Shown here: positions 10,256 to 20,361 of the stretch, piece after piece
Numbering within the stretch: position 1 is the first letter of the stretch
How the letters are laid out: each line of letters opens with the position of its first letter
Source: Alphaproteobacteria bacterium
Lineage (GTDB): Bacteria; Pseudomonadota; Alphaproteobacteria; SHVV01
DNA length: 64,000 nucleotides
Direction of reading: 5' to 3'
NCBI GenBank assembly: GCA_965261735.1
Contig: OZ253470.1
Location: 2,080,001-2,144,000, forward strand
Notes under the pieces: generated by a model
Told to the model about the DNA's origin: nothing
Databases searched by the model: none
What the model saw: only the letters and a program-made list of their open reading frames with translations
Made by a program: the position numbers and the translations under genes

Positions 10256-10771
10256 ATGGACCAGAGCAAGATTCTCCTGGGCAAGGCCCTGTACGTGGTG
10301 CGGCTTCTGGGCTGGTTGTTGTTCTTCGGAGGTCTCGTATGGAGCGTCGTCTCATGGATTTGGGGCGGAGGCTTGAAGGAGTTGAGCACACCGGAATATG
10401 CCGCCTTCACTGCCATGTTCAGTGTGGCGTTCATTTATATGAGCTGGCATCTGCACCAGCCTTTCCGCCCATCCAATCGCTTGGGAGGTATGACCGATGA
10501 ATTCACCAGCGTGCGGGTCAGTCTTGAATGGTATGTGAACCCCGGCCGAATTGGGCAGGTAGAAATAGAAGGGCGTAATGAGGAAAACGTTCGCAAACTA
10601 GCGAGAGCTTTAGACGGATTACGTATTCCCCATCCACCTGTGACAGGGAAGGGGATCACTGCGGGCTGGCACAGATTTCTCGTCCGCCTTGGTGCTGAAG
10701 CGAGAGTTCGGAACATACGCGGCGCTCGGCGCCTATGGGGAAAGATGCAATCGGAGGCGGGCGGTGAATAA
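10256..10771 (+). CDS. Passenger membrane protein of unknown function (2 predicted TM helices, 171 aa)
   Basis: Two hydrophobic segments; lies between the TIRs, convergent to the transposase; lower GC than host genes. Confidence 0.65.
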   Translation: MDQSKILLGKALYVVRLLGWLLFFGGLVWSVVSWIWGGGLKELSTPEYAAFTAMFSVAFIYMSWHLHQPFRPSNRLGGMTDEFTSVRVSLEWYVNPGRIGQVEIEGRNEENVRKLARALDGLRIPHPPVTGKGITAGWHRFLVRLGAEARVRNIRGARRLWGKMQSEAGGE

Positions 10772-10833
10772 AGACAATGCCTATCCGCCCGAGATCGCAT
10801 GGCAACGCTTCGATGCGCTCTTGGACCGGATGC

Positions 10834-11688
10834 TTAGAAGCGGGCCACCAGATCGCCAAACATCGTTCCAGGCCGCTTCCGGCGGTTATAGCGATACTCA
10901 AACTCCTTCACATACTTCTGAAGGTGCTTCCCGGACACATGAACGTGCGTCCCGCGAATCGACAGCTTCAACCGCGCCCAAAAGCCCTCAATCGAGTTCA
11001 CATGGCTAGAGCTGCGCGCGTACTGGCCCGCGCTGTGGTTGACGGTCTGGTGCGTATACCCAATCGTCGCCAATCCGCTGTAAGACTTGAGTTCGTCAGT
11101 ATGAACGGTGCTACCCGGCTCGACGTTCTCGGAGATAAACGCCTGCAAAGTCCGCTTTCGAACGTTCGGGACAACGTTCGCCATCACGTCGCCGTCGCGC
11201 TCCAGCATCCCGAACACCACGGTCTTGTTCAGAGCGCCGCGACCGCGCTTGCCACCGGTCGTACGGCCACCAACATAGGTCTCGTCGGCTTCAATATCGC
11301 CGTCCAGCGGCCACTCTCCGTCAGTATTAGCCATGTGCTTGCGGATCAAATGGCCCATGCGCCAAGCCGTGGGATAGGACACGTCAAGTTGGCGCTCCAG
11401 TTCCTTCGCGGGGACGCCGTGGCGCGATGTGGTGAACAGGACTATGGCGTAGAACCACTTGTGAAGCGGCAGATGCGTGCGGTGCATGAATGTGCCTGCG
11501 CACGGATAAATGTGGTGTTTGCAGTGCTGGCAGAGATACGCGCGATCACGTGCCAGGCGGTAGAACTTCCCATGCGCCCCGCACTTCGGGCAGTCAATCT
11601 CGGTGCCGCCGTAACGCTTCACCATTATGTGGTGAAGGCACGCCTCGTCATCGGGAAACTGCTGCTGAAAATCGTAGAAAGTCGTCAT
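10834..11688 (-). CDS. IS1595-family transposase
   Basis: RBS AGGAGG; FPDDEAC, CPKC..CQHC Zn ribbon, EADETYVGG, VHTDE, HVNSIEGFW, HLQKYVKEF. Confidence 0.93.
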   Translation of the reverse strand: MTTFYDFQQQFPDDEACLHHIMVKRYGGTEIDCPKCGAHGKFYRLARDRAYLCQHCKHHIYPCAGTFMHRTHLPLHKWFYAIVLFTTSRHGVPAKELERQLDVSYPTAWRMGHLIRKHMANTDGEWPLDGDIEADETYVGGRTTGGKRGRGALNKTVVFGMLERDGDVMANVVPNVRKRTLQAFISENVEPGSTVHTDELKSYSGLATIGYTHQTVNHSAGQYARSSSHVNSIEGFWARLKLSIRGTHVHVSGKHLQKYVKEFEYRYNRRKRPGTMFGDLVARF

Positions 11689-11889
11689 TATTTCCTCCTG
11701 TCCCCTGCATATGGGGATTGAGGCGTGACGTGTCAAGTTGATAATCGCGTAAAAATATGGTGCATTGATAGCGGTTATTATTCCGAACCTGGATTTCCCG
11801 ATAGAGTGCACTCTGTTGGCCTTCGACACCGATTCGTATACAGGAATCAATGTTTTGTGGCGATATAGAGGAATCGGTCATGGCGTGCC

Positions 11890-12015
11890 CATTGGATGGT
11901 GAAACTTGGACAGAAGCGACGCATTTCCTTCGGCGGCCGGCCGAGGGGCCGCTTGAGCAGGAGCGTGATGCACTCTTGTAGCGCTTGATCGGCGGGAGGG
12001 CGGATCGCGCCCTTT
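11890..12015 (-). pseudogene. Degraded IS1380-family transposase shard
   Basis: AIRPPADQALQECITLLLKRPLGRPPKEMRRF resembles the AIRLPAN..LLKRPVGRPP..VRR segment of IS1380 transposases (from recall). Confidence 0.5.
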
Positions 12016-12197
12016 TGATCAATACGCAATAGTGCTACCGTCTTCGTCGCTTGGGGGAACCAACTGGGAAATCCCGGTCAAGAGCGCTGGCTCGGGACCG
12101 CGCCCATGGCCCGGCCGGGTCGTCGGCGGAATGGGTAGGCGGGTCGGATACCGGCGGGCACGACGCGCGGACTGACGAAGGAAGGAGGCAGCACGGC

Positions 12198-12737
12198 ATG
12201 AGGGATACGAGCGCGGGAGCCGACCAGCCCATCGGCGCGACGCCGCAAGTAGGCGCGCCTGTATGCAGCGATGGGTTACCTGCGGTGAGGGACCACAGTC
12301 GACGACGGGCGCGACGACCGCACCTAGCGCGCGGCGTGGTGCTCGTGTTCGCGGCGGCGCTGAGCCTCGCCCTCGCCGTCGGTCCCGCGGCGGCGGGCGA
12401 CGCCGAGGCGGGCAAGAAAGTCTTCAAGAAGTGCGTGGCCTGCCACACCCTCGCGGAGGGTAAGAACAAGGTGGGACCGAGCTTGTTCGGCATCGTCGGC
12501 CGCCCGGCCGGCGTCGTCGCAAAGTACAAGTACTCCTCATCGATCAAGGCGGCGGCCGAGAAGGGGCTGGTGTGGACGGCCGAAAACATTATCGCCTATG
12601 TCGAGAACCCCAAGGAGTTCCTCAAGGCCTATCTCGGCGAGAAGAGGGTCAAGAACAAGATGGTCTTCAAGCTCAAGAGCCTGCCGCAGCGCGAGAATGT
12701 GGCCGCCTACCTCGAGCAGGTTGCAAAGACGAACTAG
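12198..12737 (+). CDS. Class I c-type cytochrome (cytochrome c2-like)
   Basis: GDAEAGKKVFKKCVACH heme motif, KVGPSLFGIVGR, axial Met in KNKMVF; RBS AGGAGG before ATG 12198; true start may be later. Confidence 0.88.
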   Translation: MRDTSAGADQPIGATPQVGAPVCSDGLPAVRDHSRRRARRPHLARGVVLVFAAALSLALAVGPAAAGDAEAGKKVFKKCVACHTLAEGKNKVGPSLFGIVGRPAGVVAKYKYSSSIKAAAEKGLVWTAENIIAYVENPKEFLKAYLGEKRVKNKMVFKLKSLPQRENVAAYLEQVAKTN

Positions 12738-12809
12738 GCCTGCATTGCTATCGAACGGCCGGATTCCGAGTCATGGAGGGCAACAGCGCGGCGTCCTTTC
12801 GATGAGCTT

Positions 12810-12896
12810 TCAGTTGTCGAGCGACCGGACGAGCCGCCATACGGCATACATGATCAGCCCGCCCAAGATCAAACCGACTATCAACCCCGTCCACAT
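12810..12896 (-). CDS. Putative 28-aa single-TM peptide (MWTGLIVGLILGGLIMYAVWRLVRSLDN)
   Basis: Manual translation; strongly hydrophobic; below the ORF-track length cut-off. Confidence 0.35.
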   Translation of the reverse strand: MWTGLIVGLILGGLIMYAVWRLVRSLDN

Positions 12897-13055
12897 CGAT
12901 ATCCGCCCCAATTAGCCCGCCCCTCTATACCCACACGTCGGGGTGCGGTCACGCATTGACAAATGTGCCGATCGGTATGGCTCGAGGATCCGGCTCTTTC
13001 GTAGCCGACAACTCGGGCAGGTGTTGAGCGTTTCAGCGGGCGGTAAAGACTTTTC

Positions 13056-14098
13056 CTTGCCTATCCGGTTTACACCCACACCCACTAGGGCTAGAATGGG
13101 CGCAAACCGGATATAGGGGAGCGCGCCATGGATGTTCTCGACCGCGCCGATCTCCCATTCCCGCATTCGCTACCCGAGTTCCAGCGACTTTTCCCCGATG
13201 ATGCGGCCTGCGCCGCCTACCTGGAGAAAGCCCGCTGGGGAGACGGCTTTGCGCTGCCGCAAGTGCCGCCAGAACACCGGGCTGACGGTGGGAACAGTGA
13301 TGGAGCGTAGCCACACTCCGCTGAACGTCTGGTTCTGGGCCGCTTATCTGGTCGCCAGTCAGACGCCCGGCATGTCCGCCGTGCAGTTTCAGCGGCAACT
13401 TGGTCTTTCGCGCTACGAGACGGCCTTTCAAATTCTCCACAAGCTCCGCTCGGGCATGGTGCGGCCCAACCAAGACAGGATCGGTGGACAGCCCAAGAAC
13501 CATGTTGAGGTGGACGAAACCTGGGTTGGCGGGCGAACGCGTGGGGAAGGCCGTGGTGTTCACCACAAGGTTCCCGTCTCCTGTGCCATTGAGGTGCGTC
13601 ATCGAAAGCCGGGCACCAAGCTCGACAACCGGAAAGACGGACGCTATGCCGGACGCGTTCGGCTCGCCGTCGTGCTCGACCGTAGCGCCGAGTCGCTCTG
13701 TGGGTTCGTCGAGAGCACCGTCGCGCCGCGATCGCTGATCGTTACTGACGATTGGAGCGGCTATGCTGGCCTCGGTAAGCGCGGCTATGAGCACTTCGCT
13801 GTTGCCGAGTGTGGTGATCCAGAGGTTGCCGAGCAATACCTGCCGATCATCCATCTGATTTTCGCCAACCTGAAGACGTGGCTGATCGGTATCCACCACG
13901 GCGTTAGCCACCAGCACCTACAAGCCTACCTCAACGAGTTCACCTTCCGCTTCAACAGGCGGTTCTACCCGTTCAACGCCTTCCGCTCATTGCTCGGCAT
14001 CGCGGGCGACACCTCTGCTCCAACCTATGCCGAGCTTTACTCGGGAGAGTGGCGGCACCCTACATGTAGCGGTCATGGGTGTTAACCGGATAGGCAAG
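13056..14098 (+). mobile_element. IS1595-family (ISSod11-like ends) copy 1, transposase frameshifted by a 62-bp internal deletion
   Basis: TIRs CTTGCCTATCCGGTT; 8-bp TSD GACTTTTC at 13048-13055 and 14099-14106; 1043 bp versus 1105 bp for the intact copy; CPHC segment missing. Confidence 0.95.
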
Positions 14099-14226
14099 GA
14101 CTTTTCTTTCCGCTCGTTCCTTCGGAACGCTACCCTCTTAGGCTCGGTAACGGTTTATAAGGGCCTCAAGAACCTAGGTTGCCCAAAACTCAGTACCGGG
14201 AATGCTGGTGCTTTGAGCCGGCAGCC

Positions 14227-14331
14227 CTAAAGATTTACGAGAATACCTACTAATCCCAACGAAAGGACAATAATCGCGATTATTGCGGCGACCGTTCCCA
14301 CATGTCGTAGCTCGAAATGATTAGACGTCAT
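14227..14331 (-). CDS. Putative 34-aa single-TM peptide (MTSNHFELRHVGTVAAIIAIIVLSLGLVGILVNL)
   Basis: Manual translation; GGGAG RBS upstream; hydrophobic C-terminal two thirds. Confidence 0.4.
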   Translation of the reverse strand: MTSNHFELRHVGTVAAIIAIIVLSLGLVGILVNL

Positions 14332-14766
14332 TGTCGGTTGCTCCCGTTGCCTTGTATGGCTTTCATCCACCCCGCTGCCATCGCTTGCGTTCAAGGTGAT
14401 TGTCGGGCCTCGAAATCTCTCGGGCCGAATGCTTCGCTCATCGTCACAGCCACTTCAACCTCGTCATGCCAGTCTCAAATCATAACGCATTCCCCGCGAT
14501 CCGAAAACCATTGGATGCACCCGGCTCCAATCTGTTCGACACTCGCCCTGGATTCTTATTAGCAGACAGACGGCACACCGCGAGCGACGTCGCAACGATT
14601 GTTCAACGCCCCAGCGGACAGCCGCACGTTTTCACGTGCTACCTTGTTTGGCAGTCATATCGATGGGTCAATTTGGCCTCCGGCTCGACCCGAATTGCGG
14701 CGTGGAACGGAGCATCAGCAGGGACGCCCACGAATCACCCGCATGAGCAATGGTCGAATCGACGGC

Positions 14767-14841
14767 TCAGGCGGTCGCCGAGGCGTTCCGCACCCTGAGG
14801 AAGAGCTCGGCGACGATCAGGTTCGGTACCCACGCGAGCCA
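14767..14841 (-). pseudogene. C-terminal shard of a DUF2306-like membrane protein
   Basis: WLAWVPNLIVAELFLR followed by a stop. Confidence 0.45.
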
Positions 14842-14963
14842 GGGCTGAAGTCGTTGATCTTGCGGGTAACCTTGCGAAATATGTTAGGCGCATCGAGCGT
14901 CAGCACCGTGTCGCGCCGTTCCTCGGGCTTGCCTCTGTCGAGGAGCCAGAGTTCGCAGGGCAC
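14841..14963 (-). pseudogene. Shard of a type I R-M methyltransferase (HsdM)
   Basis: VPCELWLLDRGKPEERRDTVLTLDAPNIFRKVTRKINDFSP matches the LWF.DR.K...R...VL..DAR..YRKV.R....FS segment of HsdM (from recall). Confidence 0.6.
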
Positions 14964-15242
14964 CGCATCCAGTATTCAAGCACCCTTCGGATGGGACCCG
15001 GCGGTAACATCATGATGGACGTCACCTACGGCGAGAAACCATACCGCGTCGTGATTCTGCGTGAGGTCATCAACGACACGGATGGTTCATCAACCGGTAA
15101 ATCCAGAAGAAGTTGCGCGCGCGGTTAGCGCCCGGCTGCGTGTCTACGTTGCAACCGCCGAGCGAGCGATCAAGGCGGGCCGAATCTCAGACAACGGCTA
15201 CGTGTTCCTATCGCACGAGAAGTTCGAGCCCGGGACGTTCTA

Positions 15243-15572
15243 GTGAGCCCCGCCGCAGCAACACGCGGGTGCAATGGCTGCACTATGTGCTGCAAGTTGC
15301 TCAGCATCGCCGAGCTTGCGAAGCCGAGACTCAAGTGGTGTCAACACTGCGCACCGGGGGTTGGGTGTCGGATTTACCCGGACCGGCCGCCATCATGTCG
15401 TGCATTTGTCTGCGGCTACTTGGGCGACAACAACTACGGAGAACATTGGCGCCCATCGGTCTGCAAGATGGTGGTGGCATTTGAAGAGCACGCGAACCGT
15501 CCGGACCTACTGATTACGAATCAGCTAAGTCCGCCAGGCCGACACTGTCGAGGTTCGTACGTGCGCCGCTAG
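15243..15572 (+). CDS. YkgJ-like cysteine-cluster (Zn/Fe-chelating) protein, possibly C-terminally truncated
   Basis: CNGCTMCCK, WCQHC, GCRIYPDRPPSCRAFVC. Confidence 0.65.
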   Translation: MSPAAATRGCNGCTMCCKLLSIAELAKPRLKWCQHCAPGVGCRIYPDRPPSCRAFVCGYLGDNNYGEHWRPSVCKMVVAFEEHANRPDLLITNQLSPPGRHCRGSYVRR

Positions 15573-16654
15573 GGCCATCGTGGAGGTCAGCAGCAAATCA
15601 AGGCAGTTGCGGGCCCCCGTAACCAGCGTTAATTGCGCCCCGGCTTCCTTTGAGCCGGGGCGTTTTTTCGTGCCGAGGCCGAGCATCGCGGCGAGGTTGC
15701 CGATGAGGTAGATGCCGAGTCCGTCGTCGACGGGGACGAGGCGGATCTCGTCGATCAGGCCGCGGAAGATCTCGGCGGATGCGGCTCGAACATCGTCCTG
15801 ATCGAGCGCTTGGCGCAGGTCTTCGACCCTCTGCCGGTATGTTTCCGCGACGTTGGGATGCAGCCTCACCGGGGCCGGTGGCTCGGCGGCGAGCAGCGCC
15901 TGCAGGGTCTGCTTACGCACCTCGAGCGATTCGAGCTCGGCCGCCATCGAAGCGCTTCGAATACCTGCTTTGATGGCGTCGATGATCTCGCGGATTTCGC
16001 GCTCCAGGGCGGCAAGCTCATGGGCGAGCCGCTTGTGCTCGCCGTCGCGCATCGCCGCCAGACGGTTGATCTCGCGGTGGTACTCGGCGACGAACTCCTT
16101 CACCAGCTCAAGGTTCATCAGCTCTTTCTTCAAACCAGACAGAACGCTCTCCTCGATGACATCGCGCCGGATGGTCAGTCGGTTATCACAGATGCCCCGG
16201 TTGCGGGCGTTCGAACAGCCGTAGTGGGTGGTGTTGATCATGGAGAAGCCGCCACCGCAGGATCCGCACTTGATGAGACCGGAGAGCAGGTAGCGCGGCC
16301 GCCGTGCCCGTTCCGATCGGACCCCTTGCCGATCGTTGACGAGGATCGCTCGGGTAGCTTGTTGCCGCTCCTTCACCGCCTGCCACAGCTCGTCACCGAT
16401 GAGGCAGAGGTCGGGGACGGCTTGGATGATCCACTCGCTCTCGGGGTTGGCCTTGGCGATGCGCCGCCCTGTGTCGGGGTCCTTGACGAAGCGCTGGCGA
16501 TTCCAGACCAGGTGGCCGATGTAGAGCTCGTTGTTGAGGATGCCAGTACCGCGGCGCCAGTTGCCATAGATGGTCGACGGGCCCCAAGGGCGACCCCGCG
16601 GGCCCGAAACGCCTTCACGGTTAAGGGTATGGGCGATCGTCTTGGGCGACCGCC

Positions 16655-18088
16655 GATCGTGTCCCGCGGAGTGGTGTAAGAGCGTTGCGCTCTACGCGGC
16701 TCCCGGCGTGTAGGGCCGGGACGTTCAGGCTGCCACGGTGGGCAGCGTGATGGGGACACCATCGCTCAGCGGAGCGATGGATTCCAGCGTCATGTATCTC
16801 CTTGAGACGGCCCACTCGTCGTTCTGCTCGAGAAGGATGGCGCCGACGAGCCGTGTGATGGCGGCTTCGTTGGGAAAGATACCGACGACGTTGGTGCGAC
16901 GCTTGACCTCGGCATGGAGCCGTTCGATCGGGTTTGTGGAGTGCAATTTCTGGCGGTGCTCCCTGGGGAAGCTCATGTAGGCGAGGACGTCGTGCTCGGC
17001 TTCGTCCATGAGAACTGCCAGCTTGGGCACCTTGGGCCTGAGCTGGTCGGCGACCTGGCGCCACTGGACCTTCGCGCTGTCGGCGTCCTCCTGGGCGAAG
17101 GCGGAGACGACGCGCCGGCCCTGGCGGCCGGCATGGGCCAGCAGGTTGCGGGCGAAGTGCACGCGGCAGCGCTGCCATGTGGCGCCGAGGATCCGGGTCG
17201 CGGCGGCCTTCAGGCCCTTGTGGTCGTCGGAGATCACCAGCTTCACGCCGCGCAGCCCGCGCCGGGCCAGCGAGCGCAGGAACTCGGTCCAGAAGGTCTC
17301 GGCCTCCGACGCGCCGATCGCCACGCCCAGGACCTCGCGGCGGCCTTGGTCGTTGACGGCCACAGCCACGGTCACCGCGACCGAGACGATGCGTCCGGTC
17401 TGGCGCACCTTCACGTAGGTGGCGTCGAGCCACAGATAGGGCCAGTCGCCCTCCAGCGGTCGATCGAGGAAGCCGGTGACCTTATCGTCGATCTCGCCGC
17501 ACAGCCTGGAGACCTGGCTCTTGGAGGCGCCCGACATCCCCATCGCCTGAACCAGATCGTCGACCGAGCGGGTCGACACCCCCTGGATGTAGGCCTCCTG
17601 GATCACCGCAGCCAGCGCCTTCTCGGCCATCCGCCGCGGCTCCAGGAAGCCCGGGAAGTAGCTTCCCTTCCTCAGCTTCGGGATCTTCAGCTCGACCGTG
17701 CCGGCCCGCGTCTCCCAGGACCGGTCGCGGTAGCCGTTGCGATGGGTGATACGATCCGCCGAGCGCTCGCCGTGCCCGGCGCCGGTCAGGCCCTCAACCT
17801 CCAGTGCCATCAGCCGCTCGGCCGTGAAGCCGATCATCTCGCAAAGCAGATCGGCATCGGAGCTCTTCTCCAAAAGCGCGCGCAGGGTCATCATGTCCTG
17901 GGTCATCGTGGTTCTCCTTCGGGTCAGGTTGGTTTGCACTAGCCCAACCCTAAACCGGAACCGCGATGGCCTCCGCTGTGGATAGCCGGCTTGCCTACGC
18001 CAGACTCTCGGCGGTCGCTACGGCAAGCCGCCTACCCACAGCTAACAGAGGCTCCAACAACTCCTACACCACGTCCTGGGACACGACC
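16655..18088 (-). mobile_element. IS256-family insertion sequence
   Basis: Imperfect TIRs GATCGTGTCCC..GTGGTGTA / GGTCGTGTCCC..GTGGTGTA; 8-bp TSD CGACCGCC at 16647-16654 and 18089-18096. Confidence 0.93.
16725..17906 (-). CDS. IS256-family (Mutator) transposase
   Basis: [41 protein letters not shown]. Confidence 0.92.
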   Translation of the reverse strand: MTQDMMTLRALLEKSSDADLLCEMIGFTAERLMALEVEGLTGAGHGERSADRITHRNGYRDRSWETRAGTVELKIPKLRKGSYFPGFLEPRRMAEKALAAVIQEAYIQGVSTRSVDDLVQAMGMSGASKSQVSRLCGEIDDKVTGFLDRPLEGDWPYLWLDATYVKVRQTGRIVSVAVTVAVAVNDQGRREVLGVAIGASEAETFWTEFLRSLARRGLRGVKLVISDDHKGLKAAATRILGATWQRCRVHFARNLLAHAGRQGRRVVSAFAQEDADSAKVQWRQVADQLRPKVPKLAVLMDEAEHDVLAYMSFPREHRQKLHSTNPIERLHAEVKRRTNVVGIFPNEAAITRLVGAILLEQNDEWAVSRRYMTLESIAPLSDGVPITLPTVAA

Positions 18089-18655
18089 CGACCGCCCCGA
18101 CGCAAACTCCTGGAAGATGCGCCCAATGATGCCTGCTTCCGCTTCGACGATCAGGCGGCGACCGCGGATCGGCGAGCCGTCGGCCGCGCGCTCCTGGAGA
18201 ACCTCGTAGCCGTAGCAAACCCCCGCCCGAGCGACCCTGGCGGACCCGTCCCTCGAGGCCGCGGCGGGTTTTTTGCGCAAGGTCTTTCAAGAAAATCGCG
18301 TTCATCGCGCCTTTGAGACCAACATGCATCTCGTTGATTTCGCCCTCGGCGATGGTGACCAATTTGATGCCGAGGAAAGAGAGGTGCTTGTAAAGATTGG
18401 CCACGTCGGCTTGATCGCGGGAGAGGCGATCGAGTGCCTCGGCGACAACGACTTCGAATGCGCCATTTCGGGCGGCCTCAAGCAGCTGCTGATAGCCCGG
18501 CCTCAGTGCCGAAGCGCCACTCAGCGCCTGGTCTTTGTAGATTTCGACGCAGGTCCAGCCCTGGCGAAAGATAAACGCCTTGCAGGCCCGCAATTGATCC
18601 TCTGCCGACGCCGCGTTCTGAAGCTCGCTGCTGTAGCGCGCATAGGCGCTGCATT

Positions 18656-18910
18656 TCATGTCTTAGCCCTCCGCTTTCCAGGATAGGTTCGTTCGCGCAA
18701 GGCGGCCAGGGCCTCCTGGTGGGCCTTGGCGGCTTACAGGTTGCTTGCGAGGATATAGTTGTTGCGCGTGGTCGAAGGATTGCGGTGTCCGAGCAGGTGC
18801 TGGGCGGCGCCTACCTGGTCAGGCCGATGTATGGCAATGGTCGTGGCCCCGGCGCGGCGGAATTCGTGTGGGCCCACCTGCCGCCCGAAGGCCTCGCGCG
18901 TGCGCTCGTC
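18656..18910 (-). pseudogene. C-terminal fragment of a tyrosine recombinase with an internal TAA, coupled (ATGA) to the serine recombinase
   Basis: Manual translation RTREAFGRQVGPHEFRRAGATT..AAQHLLGHRNPSTTRNNYILA shows HxxR, LGH and the catalytic Y; stop at 18734-18736. Confidence 0.8.
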
Positions 18911-19165
18911 GGGAAGGTCGTGGTCGGCACGCCGGCCAAAGCCAGTACCTTGTGGTTGTAGGCCTAGTCAGTGAGCTCTTAGATAACGAACTCCTGGTCG
19001 CTAGTAAGAATGCCGGTCCCCGACAGAATGCCACTGCCGAACGACTGCTCGGTGACGGTTACCGTGAAGCTCCCCGCCTGGACCGGCGCCGTGAAGCGCG
19101 AATTGAGTACGGCGTCGAAATGCCGCTCGTGGCCGGTGGCGCCGGTGAACGCGATATTGAGCGTC

Positions 19166-19310
19166 GCGCGGCGCCGATCGCATCTTCGTGCGGCAGGACG
19201 GCCGCATCGTCGAAACCGGCCCGCATGACGCGCTGATCGAGAAGGGAGGCCTCTACGCCACGCTGTGCGCCTACAACTACGCGTCGTTCGACGACGTACT
19301 CGCGGGTCTA
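19166..19310 (+). pseudogene. C-terminal shard of an ABC exporter ATP-binding domain
   Basis: [33 protein letters not shown]. Confidence 0.65.
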
Positions 19311-19377
19311 GGGGTCGAGAAGACCCACCCGGGGCAGACCTAATCCTTGCACCCGCTGTTGCGATTTCAACGGGCGT

Positions 19378-20242
19378 TCACTCGCGGGCCTGGTAGCGGA
19401 TTTCGCCCTCGTAATAGTCGGGGAATCCGACCAGCGCCTTGATCTCCTCGAAGGTGAGCTGCGCCGGGGCCTCGGCGTGGCCCTTGCCGATAGCCGCGAG
19501 CGCCTCACGCGCGGCGTACATCGCCGGCGCCAGGACCGCCAAGGGGTAGAGCGCAATCTTGTAGCCCATCTCCTGCAGCCGCAGCGGCGGCAGGACGGGC
19601 GTTTTTGCCGCCGACCACCATGTTGGCCAGCGTCGGCTGTTCGAACGCATCGCAGAAGCGAGCCATCTCCTGCTCGTTGTCGGGTGCTTCGAGGAAGATG
19701 ATGTCGGCGCCCTCCTCGGCAAAGATATGGCAGCGTTCGAGCGCATCCTCAAAGCAATGCACGGCGCGCGCATCGGTGCGCGCCAGGATCAGGATGTCGG
19801 CCGCTTGCCCGGCATCCACCGCGGCGCGAATCTTCATCCGCGCCTCGCCGCGCCCGATCACCTCCTTGCCCTTGGTGTGGCCGCATTTCTTGGGGCTGAC
19901 CTGATCCTCGATCATCACGCAGGCGGCCCCGGCGCGCGCATAGTCGCGCACCGTGCGCTGGACGTTCATCGCGTTGCCATAGCCGGTGTCGCCGTCGCCG
20001 ACGACCGCAAGGCGCGGCACCGCCAGGCAGATGTTCTGCAGCTGGTCGCGCATTTCGGCGAACGAGATGAGGCCGGTATCGGGCATGCCGAGACGTACCG
20101 CCGATACGGCAAAGCCGCTCATGAACGTCGCCCTGTAGCCGGCCTCACCGATCAGCCTGGCCGATAGCGCGTCGTAACACGATGGCATGATGATAATGTC
20201 GGGGCCGTCGAGCAGCCCTTTCAGGTCACCGGCCGAGCTCAT
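19378..20242 (-). pseudogene. Isocitrate lyase/PEP mutase family enzyme, frameshifted at an A5 run (19602-19606)
   Basis: DGDTGYGN, IEDQVSPKKCGH, ARTDA; GGK|TPVLPP continues in the other frame; may be a sequencing error. Confidence 0.85.
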
Positions 20243-20361
20243 GGCTCTTCTCCTTGTTGATCCCCGTCCGCCGCCGCGCCGGCACGGGTGGCTCACATCA
20301 TGGCGGTGCGCCACGGCGGTCACAAGCCGCCCATCCGGGCTCCAACCGCTAAAGCTTAGAC

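Larger units (their letters stand above)
10209..11749 (-). mobile_element. IS1595-family element with a passenger gene (ISNwi1-like)
   Basis: Perfect 26-bp terminal inverted repeats CGCGATTATCAACTTGACACGTCACG at 10209-10234 and 11724-11749; no target duplication seen. Confidence 0.88.
15525..18659 (-). pseudogene. Large serine recombinase, split by IS256 and frameshifted near 18215
   Basis: AYARYSS, DRLSR, CYGY; rejoining across the TSD gives EFASGRS|PKTIAHTLN; GILNNELYIG, YLLSGLIKCGSCG Zn ribbon, coiled coil. Confidence 0.9.

Noticed and set aside
9814-10500. 228-aa ORF as an intact gene
   Set aside because: Chimeric read-through: a P63C fragment continuing into the IS terminal repeat and passenger region.
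14268-14285. Palindrome as a circle junction of the passenger-carrying IS1595 (shares ATAATCGCG/CGCGATTAT)
   Set aside because: Only 9 bp match and the rest of the TIR is absent; it can be explained by Ile-Ile-Ala-Ile-Ile codons.
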